IMG/VR virus record: IMGVR_UViG_3300042882_001046
Coordinates: 1 to 64,000 of that record
Source of the DNA: a virus
DNA: 64,000 nt
Strand: one strand, 5' to 3'
Below, in pieces: positions 1 to 10,784 of the stretch. The position numbers and the translations under genes were made by a program. The stretch's first letter is position 1, and every line of letters begins with the position of its first letter. The notes under the pieces are model-generated. The model had not been told where the DNA came from. It did not search any database and was given only the letters and a program-made list of their open reading frames with translations.

Positions 1-1
1 G

Positions 2-3000
2 GTTATATCCACCTGTAATATCAAAAACAGTTGTTCCTCCTGAATAACTTGAACTCTCATATGCGTCAAGTTGAATAACCAACCCTGAAGACACAATACT
101 TGGTGTTGTAGATGGTGTTGGTGTTGACGTATTGGTAGGAGTTACAGTATTGGTTGGTGTAGGTGATGGAATATTATCAATTTGAATATTATCATCATTT
201 TCCGCAGTTGCAACTGAATTATCTTCAAACAGTAAGAAATCTAAATCAGGTAAAGTTGGGGTCGGAGTGTTAGTTGTTGTTGGTGTTGAAGTAATAATTG
301 GTGTTTCAGTTGGGGTATTTGTAGGCGTTTCAGTGTTAGTAGGGGTGTTAGTAGGAGTTGCAGTTTGAGTTGGAGTCTCTGTAGGAGTCTCACTACTTGT
401 TGGTGTAGGTGTTTCTGTGTTAGTTGGAGTTACAGTATTGGTTGTAGTCTGAGTTGGTGTTTCCGTAGGTGTTGGAGTTAATGTTGGGCATATTCCAAAT
501 CCACCAACTTCTAACCCATCATTTAATAAAACAATAATTTGTAAATTATTAAAGTATCCTGTTAAGTTTTCTACACTAGGTCCGACGATTGTATCGTAAA
601 ATATTGAATTATTGTCAAATAAACTTTGGTCTCCGTAAATTGTAACAGGAGAATTGAATTGTTCACAGGCCTCTTCTAATGTTATTCCTGAATAAACTAT
701 AAAAGAAAATCTATTTGCTGTAGGTGTTGGAGTACTTGTTAATGTTTCAGTGTTAGTTGGTGTTGGTGAAGGTGTTTGAGTTTCAGTTGCGGTAGGTGTT
801 AGTCCGACTGTTGCGGTTGTAGTTGGTGTTACCGTTTGTGTAGGAGTTTCTGTTGGAGTTACCGTAGGAGTTTCAGTATTAGTTGGTGTGTTAGTCGGTG
901 TGTTAGTCGGTGTTTTTGTTGGTGTTGATGTTGGAGTTTCAGTTGGAGTTTCAGTTGGAGTTTCAGTTGGAGTGTTTGTAGGAGTCTCACTTGGAGTATT
1001 TGTAGGAGTCTCGGTGTTAGTTGGTGTTGGTGTTTCTGTCGCGGTATTTGTTGGTGTATTAGTTGGGGTTGATGTTGGGCAAGGGATTGAATCATAATAT
1101 AAATCATTACACGGTACTGAAATATAATATAAGTCATTACATGGTGTGAATAAGTAAACTAAGTCATTTGTCGGAACGGTAATTCTACAATTTAAACAAT
1201 CAGGGTCTAATAAATTATATCTTAACTTTAATATTCTAAAGTTGTGTTTTATTTGAGAAGCATTCAAAGGCTCTGTGTACATTCTAAATGCACTCACATC
1301 ACCAATCATGCTACCACCAAAGTATTCTTCTAATTTAATATGTGTTGATAACCCTGAATAAATTGTGTGGTCTAAATCATGAGTTGTTAAACACTCAGGG
1401 TCTTGTTGATAAGTAATTCCACTCACAGATTCTGGACAACCACCAGAGAACGTTAAGTTGTCTTTAAGTCCTTGAGTACCTCCACCCACAGAAATGTTGT
1501 ACCCAACCCCAATTTGTTTTTCTCTTTGAACATCTAACAATCTTGGAATTATCTCTTCAAAGTTTTCGGCAACCATGAATAATTTACCATTAACGTAAAG
1601 TTTCAATGTACCCAATCTATATTTCTTTTCTTCAGTCCATCTATCGTTGAAGTGTACTATTTCAGTTGTAGCTGGGTCATAAGGTAGCTCGTGAGTCAAT
1701 GGAGGTTCAATTAAACTAACACTATTGTTTGCTGGTGTTGCGGTATAAATTGTATCGACAATTAAGCCTAACCCTCCTTTTTCCCAAAGGTCACAAGTAT
1801 CTAACCATTCTTTTCTTTGGAATACGGCATCAATTTGAACCCAATGTTCTAAATTAATATACGGAGTATTTTTACAATCATCAAAAATACCTCTTGTTGA
1901 ACACCATTCAGTTACTGATGTTCCTGTTGTATATGTTAACCCTGTAAGACAGTTTCCACTTGTTTCGCATCCCCCAGTTATTGTGTAAGTTTTAATACAC
2001 AATCTTGGATTCCCTGTGTCCCCACTTAATCGTAACGATAAACCATTTGACACTCCATCATACAATGGGTCTTTTTCCGCGTATTTGGCGTTAACAGTAC
2101 AATTACAAGGACAACCACAATTACAGTTGGTTGATGTCCCTCCTGATATTTGATAAACCTGTAAACAAGTTGATGCTGTGTTTGCAGAACTTGCACATCC
2201 GCAAGTTTCCATACAAGTCAAACCAGAAGTAACTCTTGTATAACCCGTATCTTGTTTTGGTGAACCATCGGCGTAATGATAAAACTTGTTCTCAGCTCTG
2301 GAACCCATATAAAAGAATGTACCCTTATTATCGGGATATCTATTGTTCAATCCAACATCAGTATTTCCAGTCCATCTATATCTTAACATGAACTCGGCAG
2401 TCCAACCTAAGGAAGGTCTTTGCGGGAAAACTTGATAATCATATCCAGGAATTTTGTAGAACCCTTGGAAGAATCCTCCACTTAATCTTGCGAAATATCC
2501 GACACTTCCCCCATCAGTTTCGTAGTTTAAATCGTAACTATAAGAATTATCATTCCATAGTCTATTTTGTGTTGTAGTAAATCCTGTGATAGGATGGAGT
2601 TTCATTCTCCTGTCGTATTTGTATCTACTATATTTGTCCGTATTTGAAGTATAAAGACCTGTGGTGATTTGAATTGTTTCACCCGACATTTTTTTAACAA
2701 GACCATTGTCAATACCCGTTAATCCAACATCACAAAGGTCGGTTGTTTTTGGACAAAAGTTAGGGTCAATATCATCAGGGTTCCAATAATTTTCAGATAC
2801 AATAGTATCATTATCAAAAGTACAAGAACCTGATTGGCATATCGTTGTTCCTGTACTATTAAAATCAAATCTAAATGGCATTCTATTCCCATCCAATTCT
2901 CCTATTAATAAAGGTGAAAAAACAACCTCTTGGTCATAGTCCTTCTCATCCGATGCTAAACAGATATCGGTAATTTCGTTGACGGGTTTAATCCCCCAAC

Positions 3001-3037
3001 GTCTAAAATTGTACTGATTAATATTTTGATATGCCAT
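2..3037 (-). CDS. Large virion/tail-fibre-like protein, 3'-partial (>1010 aa): Cys-rich and LamG-like N-terminal region, long Thr/Pro repeats, start of a second LamG-like domain
   Basis: Not in the ORF track because it runs off the window. ATG at 3037 gives [15 protein letters not shown]; the frame reads open in my manual translation. Contains [31 protein letters not shown] repeats, and ends [26 protein letters not shown] (LamG-type start motif). Confidence 0.8.
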   Translation of the reverse strand, partial: MAYQNINQYNFRRWGIKPVNEITDICLASDEKDYDQEVVFSPLLIGELDGNRMPFRFDFNSTGTTICQSGSCTFDNDTIVSENYWNPDDIDPNFCPKTTDLCDVGLTGIDNGLVKKMSGETIQITTGLYTSNTDKYSRYKYDRRMKLHPITGFTTTQNRLWNDNSYSYDLNYETDGGSVGYFARLSGGFFQGFYKIPGYDYQVFPQRPSLGWTAEFMLRYRWTGNTDVGLNNRYPDNKGTFFYMGSRAENKFYHYADGSPKQDTGYTRVTSGLTCMETCGCASSANTASTCLQVYQISGGTSTNCNCGCPCNCTVNAKYAEKDPLYDGVSNGLSLRLSGDTGNPRLCIKTYTITGGCETSGNCLTGLTYTTGTSVTEWCSTRGIFDDCKNTPYINLEHWVQIDAVFQRKEWLDTCDLWEKGGLGLIVDTIYTATPANNSVSLIEPPLTHELPYDPATTEIVHFNDRWTEEKKYRLGTLKLYVNGKLFMVAENFEEIIPRLLDVQREKQIGVGYNISVGGGTQGLKDNLTFSGGCPESVSGITYQQDPECLTTHDLDHTIYSGLSTHIKLEEYFGGSMIGDVSAFRMYTEPLNASQIKHNFRILKLRYNLLDPDCLNCRITVPTNDLVYLFTPCNDLYYISVPCNDLYYDSIPCPTSTPTNTPTNTATETPTPTNTETPTNTPSETPTNTPTETPTETPTETPTSTPTKTPTNTPTNTPTNTETPTVTPTETPTQTVTPTTTATVGLTPTATETQTPSPTPTNTETLTSTPTPTANRFSFIVYSGITLEEACEQFNSPVTIYGDQSLFDNNSIFYDTIVGPSVENLTGYFNNLQIIVLLNDGLEVGGFGICPTLTPTPTETPTQTTTNTVTPTNTETPTPTSSETPTETPTQTATPTNTPTNTETPTNTPTETPIITSTPTTTNTPTPTLPDLDFLLFEDNSVATAENDDNIQIDNIPSPTPTNTVTPTNTSTPTPSTTPSIVSSGLVIQLDAYESSSYSGGTTVFDITGGYN
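95..1080 (-). repeat. Thr/Pro low-complexity coding repeats (12-bp units such as GTTGGAGTTTCA) in three blocks
   Basis: Seen directly at about 95-165, 260-490 and 720-1080; encodes TPTETPTNT. Confidence 0.9.
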
Positions 3038-3046
3038 AAACTAATG

Positions 3047-3073
3047 ATAAATACCTTGTGTCATAGTATTTAT
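3047..3073. promoter_or_regulatory. Divergent pair of TATTTAT motifs (minus 3047-3053, plus 3067-3073)
   Basis: ATAAATA then TATTTAT between the divergent starts at 3037 and 3090; the same motif precedes most late-type genes. Confidence 0.65.
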
Positions 3074-3089
3074 AGATTAAAAAGAAGCG

Positions 3090-3899
3090 ATGATTCCAAC
3101 AGACACTGAATTTTTTTCATCACCATATTATTTCCTTATGAGAGATAAAGGAAATAAATATTCGTTGTATTTCTCTGTAGAGAATACTTTAACCGAAGCA
3201 CGCAAAAAAGATGAGGTTATTCACTTCGCAAAAGAGAAGGGTGAAAAAGTAAAAAAACATTTAAAAAAAGTTGCCAAAGAAAAGAAAATTAAAGATACTA
3301 AATCTTTAAAATCCGATTTAGAGGAGTTAGTAAACTCTGACGGAGCTATGGGTAATTCTAAAATTCCTATTTTAGACCCAAGATTGCACCCAAGAAAAAC
3401 TATGGACCAAACAGTTGCTGCATCAAGAATTACTAACGACCCAATTTCTCGTGGATATAGAACATATTACGGCGAAAGTGAAGTTAAAGAAATTGATATG
3501 TCAGGAGCATTTGGATATGAAGAAACTGAAGATTTAGATGGTGAAGACACATTTAAATATTTGGTTAAAAAGATGGGAATGGAACCTGATGAAGCAAAAG
3601 AAAGAACTAAACAACAAGGTAAAGACCCTTCAGGTAAAAAAGACAAAAAATCAAAATACTACAAAGACCCTAACTTTATAACAAGGGCTACTTTGTCTGA
3701 AATACAAAAACAAAAAGCAATTAAGGTTGTTGAGGACATGTTGGCAAAAAAGAAAAATTCTGATTCTGCCGACATTGGTAAAAAAGATACTGAGGAATTA
3801 CCATCTTTAATACAGAAAAACATCAAGTCATTAATTAAACAAGCGGAAAAACAAGGGGTTTCTAAAAAAGACCTAATCAAATTAATTCAAGGTGAATAA
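3090..3899 (+). CDS. Hypothetical Lys-rich protein
   Basis: 269-aa ORF with TATTTAT upstream; no family recognised. Confidence 0.75.
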   Translation: MIPTDTEFFSSPYYFLMRDKGNKYSLYFSVENTLTEARKKDEVIHFAKEKGEKVKKHLKKVAKEKKIKDTKSLKSDLEELVNSDGAMGNSKIPILDPRLHPRKTMDQTVAASRITNDPISRGYRTYYGESEVKEIDMSGAFGYEETEDLDGEDTFKYLVKKMGMEPDEAKERTKQQGKDPSGKKDKKSKYYKDPNFITRATLSEIQKQKAIKVVEDMLAKKKNSDSADIGKKDTEELPSLIQKNIKSLIKQAEKQGVSKKDLIKLIQGE

Positions 3900-4371
3900 A
3901 GATTTATATAATTCGGCGAAAGGTGAAATTGAATTTCCTGATACAATGAGGGACCACATGAGAGTGTGTTTTCAAATGGTTAAGGGTGCTGATGAAAATA
4001 CCGAAGGATATAATAGAAACCAAGAACTACAAGGAAAAAACTATATTGAATATAAACAACTAAAAAGAATAAAAAACTTTTTTGACAACTTTACTGGTAA
4101 TCAAAAAGAACCTTCATTTATACTTAATGGTGGTGCCGAAATGAAAAATTGGGTTAACAATGAGTTGAGAAAAATGAGAGATTATACCAAAATGACAAAG
4201 AAAAACAAAATGGATGCTGGTATGATGAACCAATTTTTAAAACCTCACGAAAAGAAAAACTTTAATAATGTTAGACCATCTCAGAGGCACTCCTCAAGTA
4301 CAATTACAAGTTTTACCGAATCAGTAAATGAGAGTGTTAAAAGAATAAACGAAATAATGAAAAAATTATAA
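3892..4371 (+). CDS. Hypothetical protein
   Basis: 159-aa ORF overlapping the upstream stop. Confidence 0.75.
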   Translation: MNKDLYNSAKGEIEFPDTMRDHMRVCFQMVKGADENTEGYNRNQELQGKNYIEYKQLKRIKNFFDNFTGNQKEPSFILNGGAEMKNWVNNELRKMRDYTKMTKKNKMDAGMMNQFLKPHEKKNFNNVRPSQRHSSSTITSFTESVNESVKRINEIMKKL

Positions 4372-4373
4372 TT

Positions 4374-4667
4374 ATGGCAAACGAAATTGCAGTCGACTTA
4401 TCGCAAAACGAACCAAACGCTTTAACAGCAATCGCAGATGCGGAAAGAGCTAAACTAATTCCTAAGAATGACTATAACGCAGTTGGTAATGAATATTCAT
4501 CTGTTAATAGAGATGCTGTTGCCGATGGAGATTCTATGGGAAGAGGAACAGGAACATTTTTAGATGTCTATAACGTAAACGCAGGAACAATTGACGACGT
4601 TGTAGAAAGAAAAAACGAAATTAAAATTAACAAATTTAATTCATCAAAAACTTACCCTAACTTTTAA
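4374..4667 (+). CDS. Hypothetical protein
   Basis: 97-aa ORF, coupled to the next gene (TAATG). Confidence 0.7.
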   Translation: MANEIAVDLSQNEPNALTAIADAERAKLIPKNDYNAVGNEYSSVNRDAVADGDSMGRGTGTFLDVYNVNAGTIDDVVERKNEIKINKFNSSKTYPNF

Positions 4668-5140
4668 TGAAACTACAAAACGCACTTAAAGGGTTAATTT
4701 GTGAAATCGCTTCTGTGGATAGCGTTGTTAATGCTATTAAAGGTAAACAGAGAGTGATTGTCTATTATGATGGTGATGAGCCAGGTGGTAGAGGTATTAG
4801 ACAAATTGAACCAGTGTGTTTGGGAACAAGTAAGGCAGGTAATAAAGTTTTAAGAGCGTGGGATGAAGAAGGTTCGTCTCATACCGCATATACAGGAGAA
4901 CAACCTTTACCAGGGTGGAGATTGTTCAGATTAGACAAAATCTTATCTTTAAAACCAACTGGTGAAGTTTACAATACTCCAAGACCAGGTTATAATTTTA
5001 ACGGAGATAAAAGTATGGTGAGCATTATAATAAATGCAGATTTTGATAATGATGGAGATATAGATACTGTCATTACAAACATACCACCTCAACCTCAACC
5101 ACAACAACCAACCGAACCAACTAACGAACCACAACAGTAA
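4667..5140 (+). CDS. Stand-alone WYL-domain protein
   Basis: RQIEPVCLG..LRAWDEEG..WRLFRLDKI matches the WYL pattern; no HTH; Pro/Gln tail. Confidence 0.75.
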   Translation: MKLQNALKGLICEIASVDSVVNAIKGKQRVIVYYDGDEPGGRGIRQIEPVCLGTSKAGNKVLRAWDEEGSSHTAYTGEQPLPGWRLFRLDKILSLKPTGEVYNTPRPGYNFNGDKSMVSIIINADFDNDGDIDTVITNIPPQPQPQQPTEPTNEPQQ

Positions 5141-5151
5141 AAAAAGTTAAC

Positions 5152-5775
5152 ATGAACGAAAACGATTTAATGAGTAGATTAGTGGCATCTAAAGCAATTA
5201 TGGATAGCCCAAAATTTAATAAGAACACAAACTCAATGAACCAAGGATTACCCCCAACTTCATTACAAGAGTTTGATATGCCCAATGTGAAATACAACAT
5301 ACCACAAGAATTTTTACAAGAGTCACCACAAGCACCAATTAATCAACCATATTTGTCCGAGTTACCAAAAGTTAATACAAAACCTGTTGGTGTCCCAACT
5401 GTTGATGCAATCAAAAACTCAAAACTTCCTGATGAGATTAAAAAATTAATGATGGAACATCCGATTGCCCAACCTCAACAACAAAGCCCAACTCTTTCTA
5501 ATGATTTGATTGAAAAAGCATCGAGATTGATGAAAGAGAATCCAGGACAATATGTCCCTGAGTCTGCAAAACCAAAACAACAAACTCAAACCCAACCGTC
5601 AGGTAGTTTTGATTATAAAGTTTTACAAAAAATGATAAATGAGGCAGTTAATAACGCACTAAGAGAAAACGGATTAATTGCTGAATCATCAGAAAAGACT
5701 AACGAGGTATTCAGTTTTAAAGTTGGGAAACACATTTTTGAAGGTAAGGTAACCAAAATTAAAAAGTTGTCCTAA
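5152..5775 (+). CDS. Hypothetical Pro/Gln-rich protein
   Basis: 207-aa ORF. Confidence 0.7.
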   Translation: MNENDLMSRLVASKAIMDSPKFNKNTNSMNQGLPPTSLQEFDMPNVKYNIPQEFLQESPQAPINQPYLSELPKVNTKPVGVPTVDAIKNSKLPDEIKKLMMEHPIAQPQQQSPTLSNDLIEKASRLMKENPGQYVPESAKPKQQTQTQPSGSFDYKVLQKMINEAVNNALRENGLIAESSEKTNEVFSFKVGKHIFEGKVTKIKKLS

Positions 5776-5829
5776 CCCCTTTTCTTATTTGACATAAAAC
5801 CTTATATTTTGAGGTATATATCTTAATTT

Positions 5830-7041
5830 ATGTCAAAAATCAAAATTTTAGTTGTACCATCCGACAGGTCGGGAGTTGGTAAATTTAGGTCAGTAGACCC
5901 TCACATTTTCTTGCAAAATCAATACCCAGAAGATTTTCACGTTGATATTGTGTATGAACCACCGTACGACGATTTTAACTTTTGGACACAATATCAAATT
6001 GTTGCTTACCATAGAAGTATTGGTCCTGATTTTGAAAAGGCTCACCGATTAATTCAAATGTTAAATTCATTAGGTATTATTACCGTTTGTGATATTGACG
6101 ATTATTGGATGCCAGGTAAAGAACACCCAATTCATGATATTATTCGTGTTAATAAGATTAACGAAAAAATTATTGCAAATTTAAAAGTTTCAAAATACGT
6201 TACAACTACCACAACTTTGTTTGCCGACGAAATTAAAAAGGCTAATAAAAACGTAGTTGTATTCCCTAACGCAATAAATCCAAACGAACCACAATTTAAA
6301 GAACCAACTGAAGATTCTGATAGATTAAGAATTGGTTGGTTAGGTGGGTCTTCTCACTTGCACGATATTCAATTACTTGATAATGGATTCTCAAAAGTAA
6401 CAAGTTACAAAGATAAAGTTCAATACGTATTATGCGGATTTGATACAAGAGGTACGGTAACTGAAATAAATGCTCAGACTGGTGAACATACTAAAAGAAA
6501 CATATTACCACCTGAAACTGTGTGGGCTCAATATGAAAAAATATTCACACAAAACTTCTCAATAATCTCTGAAGATTATAAAAAACACTTGTTAAAATAC
6601 AATCAAGAATCATACTCAAATGAAATGAATGAATCATATTTGAGAGTTTGGACAAAACCTGTTACATCCTACGCTAAGAATTATTCAAAATTTGATGTAT
6701 CTTTGGCACCAATTAAAAATACAATGTTTAATAGAATGAAATCTCAACTTAAAGTTATTGAGGCAGGATTCTATAAAAAAGCATTAATTGCGTCTGAAAT
6801 TGGTCCATATACAATAGATTTAAAACATTGTTTAGAAAATGGTAACTTTGTTGACGGAAACGCAATGTTGGTTAAAGAAGTTAGAAACCACAGTGATTGG
6901 GCCAAATACATTGAGAAACTAATAAAGAACCCAAATCTTGTTAAAGATATGGGAGAAAGATTATATGAGACAGTTAAAGACAAATACGATTTAAATGTCG
7001 TAACAAAAACAAGAGCAGAATTTTATAAATCAATTATATGA
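5830..7041 (+). CDS. GT-B (GT4-like) glycosyltransferase
   Basis: IGWLGGSSH and DVSLAPIKNTMFNRMKSQLKVIEAG..ALIASEIGPY. Confidence 0.75.
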   Translation: MSKIKILVVPSDRSGVGKFRSVDPHIFLQNQYPEDFHVDIVYEPPYDDFNFWTQYQIVAYHRSIGPDFEKAHRLIQMLNSLGIITVCDIDDYWMPGKEHPIHDIIRVNKINEKIIANLKVSKYVTTTTTLFADEIKKANKNVVVFPNAINPNEPQFKEPTEDSDRLRIGWLGGSSHLHDIQLLDNGFSKVTSYKDKVQYVLCGFDTRGTVTEINAQTGEHTKRNILPPETVWAQYEKIFTQNFSIISEDYKKHLLKYNQESYSNEMNESYLRVWTKPVTSYAKNYSKFDVSLAPIKNTMFNRMKSQLKVIEAGFYKKALIASEIGPYTIDLKHCLENGNFVDGNAMLVKEVRNHSDWAKYIEKLIKNPNLVKDMGERLYETVKDKYDLNVVTKTRAEFYKSII

Positions 7042-7739
7042 TAAACACCCCACTTACCAAATTATTATTCCTCGATATTGAAACCGTTGGTATTCAACCT
7101 GAATGGGAAGCATTGGAAAACAATAGACCTGAATTAGCGTTTCAGTTTAGAAACTATTTTGATTGGTTTCAAAAAAGATTTCCTGAAGATGCCGATAAAG
7201 GTGTTGAACAAATGTTTGTGAACCGAGCGGCGTTAGTCCCTGAGTTTGCGAAGATTGCTTGTGTTAGTGTTGCCTTTGTAACAGAAAAAGGTGAAACTAA
7301 AATACAATCATTTAGTGATACCGATGAAAAAAAACTTCTTATCGAAGTTCAAAAACTATTAAGAAGAATTGGTGAGCTAGGATTTTTCTTATGTGGTCAC
7401 AACGTAAAAGGATTTGACATCCCAATGTTGGCAAAGAGAATGATTATGAATGGATTACTTCCACCAAAGATATTACCAGGTCATGACACAAAACCTTGGG
7501 AAATTAAAGCTTTGGACACCAAAGAACTTTGGCAATACGGAGGGTACGGTTCTATAGCATCTTTAGAATTAATGTGTGTTTGTATGGGTGTTGAGTCATC
7601 AAAAAACATGGAAGTAACAGGAAATAAAGTACACGAGGCATATTGGGTTAAAAAAGACATCAAAGGTATTGTAGAATACTGTGAAAAAGATGTTTTAGTA
7701 TTAATCGATGTCATAAAAAAAATTACAAATTTAGTATAA
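7038..7739 (+). CDS. PolB-like 3'-5' exonuclease (DEDD)
   Basis: FLDIETV, GHNVKGFDIP and YCEKDV motifs. Confidence 0.85.
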   Translation: MINTPLTKLLFLDIETVGIQPEWEALENNRPELAFQFRNYFDWFQKRFPEDADKGVEQMFVNRAALVPEFAKIACVSVAFVTEKGETKIQSFSDTDEKKLLIEVQKLLRRIGELGFFLCGHNVKGFDIPMLAKRMIMNGLLPPKILPGHDTKPWEIKALDTKELWQYGGYGSIASLELMCVCMGVESSKNMEVTGNKVHEAYWVKKDIKGIVEYCEKDVLVLIDVIKKITNLV

Positions 7740-8359
7740 TGCAACAAATACCAGAAGGGATTGACCCTGAGATTTGGTCTCAAATTCAAGAAACATTTGA
7801 TAAAATTAAAGAAGATGCGGGTATTGAACCTGATGAAGAATATATGTCCGAGTTAGAAGAATTGTTGGGCATGTCTGTTGACGAAATGAATGAAGGTCAC
7901 ATGAAAATGATTAAAACAAGAACTGTAGGTGTTGAATTAGTTCATGACGATGCAAAGTTTCCAACCTACGCATACCCATCAGATTCAGGATTTGATTTAT
8001 ATTCTACAATAGAACATAACTTACCTCCATTTGGTAGAGCATTAATCCCAACAGGATTAAAGTTATCTATTCCTGACGAATATGAAATACAAGTAAGACC
8101 TAAAAGCGGTCTCGCATTAAACCAAGGAATTACAGTATTAAACACACCAGGTACCGTAGATTCAGGGTATGTTGGTGAGATTAAAGTTATTGTTTTTAAT
8201 ACCAATAATGAAACTGTAACAATATCAAAAGGAATGAAAATTGCTCAAGCGGTTCTTTGTCCTGTGGTTAATGGAAAATACGTGTCATTAGAACTTGTTG
8301 AAAAAGTTGAAGATAAAGAAAGGGGTGATAACGGATTTGGAAGTACAGGAATTAAATAA
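7739..8359 (+). CDS. dut: dUTPase with acidic N-terminal extension
   Basis: DSGFDL, RPKSGLA, GTVDSGYVGEI and RGDNGFGSTG motifs. Confidence 0.95.
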   Translation: MQQIPEGIDPEIWSQIQETFDKIKEDAGIEPDEEYMSELEELLGMSVDEMNEGHMKMIKTRTVGVELVHDDAKFPTYAYPSDSGFDLYSTIEHNLPPFGRALIPTGLKLSIPDEYEIQVRPKSGLALNQGITVLNTPGTVDSGYVGEIKVIVFNTNNETVTISKGMKIAQAVLCPVVNGKYVSLELVEKVEDKERGDNGFGSTGIK

Positions 8360-8364
8360 TTAAT

Positions 8365-9990
8365 ATGATTACAGTAGGATATTCGACAAGGGAAAGTAAA
8401 CCAGAATTTATTGATTACTTAAAAAAAAGTTCTGGGTTTAAAAAGATTGACGTTATTGAAAAAGTTAATGACGGTAATAAATCTTTATCTCAAGTTTATA
8501 ATGAAATATTGTCGGAAGCTAAAACTGACATTGTTGTTCTTTGTCATGACGACATTTACTTTGATACAAATTCATGGTACAGTAAGTTAATCAAACATTT
8601 TGAAGCCAGTGATTTTGGAATTATAGGAATGGCTGGAACCACATTAATGCCATCAACAGGAATGTGGTGGCAAGACAGAAAAAAAATGGTTGGTATAGTA
8701 AACCACGAAAGTGGTGGAAAAAAATGGGAATCAAAATATGCACCATCTGTCGGAAATTCAATAATAGAAACCGTTATAGTTGACGGTTTGTTTATTGCAA
8801 TACACAAACAAAGAATCAAAAAACAATTCAATGAAGAATTTAAAGGATTCCATTTTTATGATATTCCATTTTGTTTTGAAAATCATTTAGAGGGGGTTAA
8901 GGTTGGTGTTATAACTAATATCAGAATTACTCACAAATCTATTGGACAAACAAATCAACAATGGGAAGAAAATAGAAAACTTTTTGAAGAAAAATACAAA
9001 TCAAATCTCCCTATAAAACTACCTTTCGACCCGAAGAAAAGAATCAAAGTTTTATTAAGTTGTTTGTTCTTCAGGACTTTTACTGGTTCAGAGCTTTACG
9101 TTTATGAACTTGCCAAAAATTTAATGAAACAAAACTGTGACGTTACTGTCCTATCTCAAATAGGAGGCCCGTTAACAGATATGGCAAAAAGACAAGGTAT
9201 TAAATGTCTACCATTTGAGCAATCTCCAGGATTTAAACTTGGCGATGGTAAGTGGGGAATGAACACCGACAAAGGGTTTCAACCATCACAACCAAACGTA
9301 ATGTATCGTGTATCCGAAGTTGATTTTGATGTTATACATATGCAACACAAACCAATTGCGGAAAGAATGATTCAATTTTACCCTGAAATAGATAAAGTGT
9401 ATTCTATACATTCTGAAGTAATCGAATTAGAAGACCCGATTAAACACGACTCAATTAAAAAATACATCGCAATCAGACCAGAAATTAAAGAACATATTAT
9501 TAATAAGTTTGAAATTCCTAAAGAAATGATTGAAGTTATCTATAATCCAATAGATAATGAAAAATTTAAATCCAAGCAAGTTAAAGAAGAAAACTATGTG
9601 TTATTTGTTGGAACCATAGATTACTTAAGAAAAGAAACAATTATGGATTTAATTGACTATACAAGTGAAAATAACAAAGAATTATGGTTAGTTGGTGAAG
9701 ATAAATCAAATTATCTTCCCGCAATTCTAACTAACTCTCACGTTAAACATTTTCCACCAACATGGAATGTTGAACCTTACGTACAAAAATGTTCTGAAAC
9801 CGCAGGGATACAATTAGGAAGAACAACCATTGAAGGATGGATGTGCGGTAAACCAAGTTGGATTTATAAAGTTGATTCTGGTGGGTTTATTTTATCTAAA
9901 GAAAAATTCAACCCTCCGTCCGACATTGAAAAATATTACGCATCAAATGTTGCGTCACAAATAAAAGAAGAATATAAAAAAGTTTTATAA
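8365..9990 (+). CDS. Fused glycosyltransferase (GT-A Glyco_tranf_2_5-like plus GT-B-like)
   Basis: N-half LCHDDIYF..IVDGLFIA..FHFYDI; C-half TGSELYVYELAKNL..IYNPID..LFVGTI. Confidence 0.75.
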   Translation: MITVGYSTRESKPEFIDYLKKSSGFKKIDVIEKVNDGNKSLSQVYNEILSEAKTDIVVLCHDDIYFDTNSWYSKLIKHFEASDFGIIGMAGTTLMPSTGMWWQDRKKMVGIVNHESGGKKWESKYAPSVGNSIIETVIVDGLFIAIHKQRIKKQFNEEFKGFHFYDIPFCFENHLEGVKVGVITNIRITHKSIGQTNQQWEENRKLFEEKYKSNLPIKLPFDPKKRIKVLLSCLFFRTFTGSELYVYELAKNLMKQNCDVTVLSQIGGPLTDMAKRQGIKCLPFEQSPGFKLGDGKWGMNTDKGFQPSQPNVMYRVSEVDFDVIHMQHKPIAERMIQFYPEIDKVYSIHSEVIELEDPIKHDSIKKYIAIRPEIKEHIINKFEIPKEMIEVIYNPIDNEKFKSKQVKEENYVLFVGTIDYLRKETIMDLIDYTSENNKELWLVGEDKSNYLPAILTNSHVKHFPPTWNVEPYVQKCSETAGIQLGRTTIEGWMCGKPSWIYKVDSGGFILSKEKFNPPSDIEKYYASNVASQIKEEYKKVL

Positions 9991-10784
9991 TGAACCGAAT
10001 TATTGATTATGAAAATTTATCAAATCAAATACAAACTTGGGTACAAAACTACGTTGAAGAAAACAATATAAAAACATTAGTAGTTGGTGTTTCAGGTGGA
10101 ATTGATTCTGCAGTAGTGTCAACATTATGTGCTAAAACAGGAATACCAACCATAGTTGTTGGAATGCCGTTAAACTCAACCCCAAAAAATACCGAGCTTT
10201 CAGAAAAACATATTTCTGAATTATCATCGAAGTATAAACAAAATGTTATTGGTCTACACGTTGACCTATCAAAAACATTTGAAGAATTTAAATCTCACCC
10301 TGTTTTCCGTAAAGATTATAATTCTGAATTAGGATTTGCTAACACCAAATCAAGATTAAGAATGATTACTTTATATCAAATTGCATCATCTAAAGGAGGT
10401 ATCGTTGTTGGTACTGGAAATAAAGTTGAGGATTTTGGTGTTGGTTTTTATACAAAATATGGCGACGGTGGTGTAGACATTTCTCCAATTGCCGACCTAT
10501 ACAAAACAGAGGTTAGAAACTTAGGTCGTTATTTAGGGGTTTGTGAAGAAATAGTCAACGCCGAACCAACGGATGGGTTATGGGATGACAACCGAGTTGA
10601 TGAAACCCAAATTGGAGCGACATATGAAGAACTTGAATGGGCTATGGAGTATGGTGTGGATAAGTTATCATACAGTGAAAAAGAATACAATATTGTAGAA
10701 ATTTATTTAAACTTTAATAAAAAGAATAAACACAAAATGGTATCCATACCAGTTTTTGATTTAAAAGAGAACGAAATTATATGA
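9990..10784 (+). CDS. nadE: NH3-dependent NAD+ synthetase
   Basis: GVSGGIDSAV, GTGNKVE, FYTKYGDGGVDISPIADLYKTEV and PTDGLW. Confidence 0.93.
   Translation: MNRIIDYENLSNQIQTWVQNYVEENNIKTLVVGVSGGIDSAVVSTLCAKTGIPTIVVGMPLNSTPKNTELSEKHISELSSKYKQNVIGLHVDLSKTFEEFKSHPVFRKDYNSELGFANTKSRLRMITLYQIASSKGGIVVGTGNKVEDFGVGFYTKYGDGGVDISPIADLYKTEVRNLGRYLGVCEEIVNAEPTDGLWDDNRVDETQIGATYEELEWAMEYGVDKLSYSEKEYNIVEIYLNFNKKNKHKMVSIPVFDLKENEII

Noticed and set aside
859-1137. Track ORFs 859..1137(-) and 888..1097(+)
   Set aside because: Alternative-frame and antisense shadows of the Thr/Pro repeat in the long minus-strand gene.
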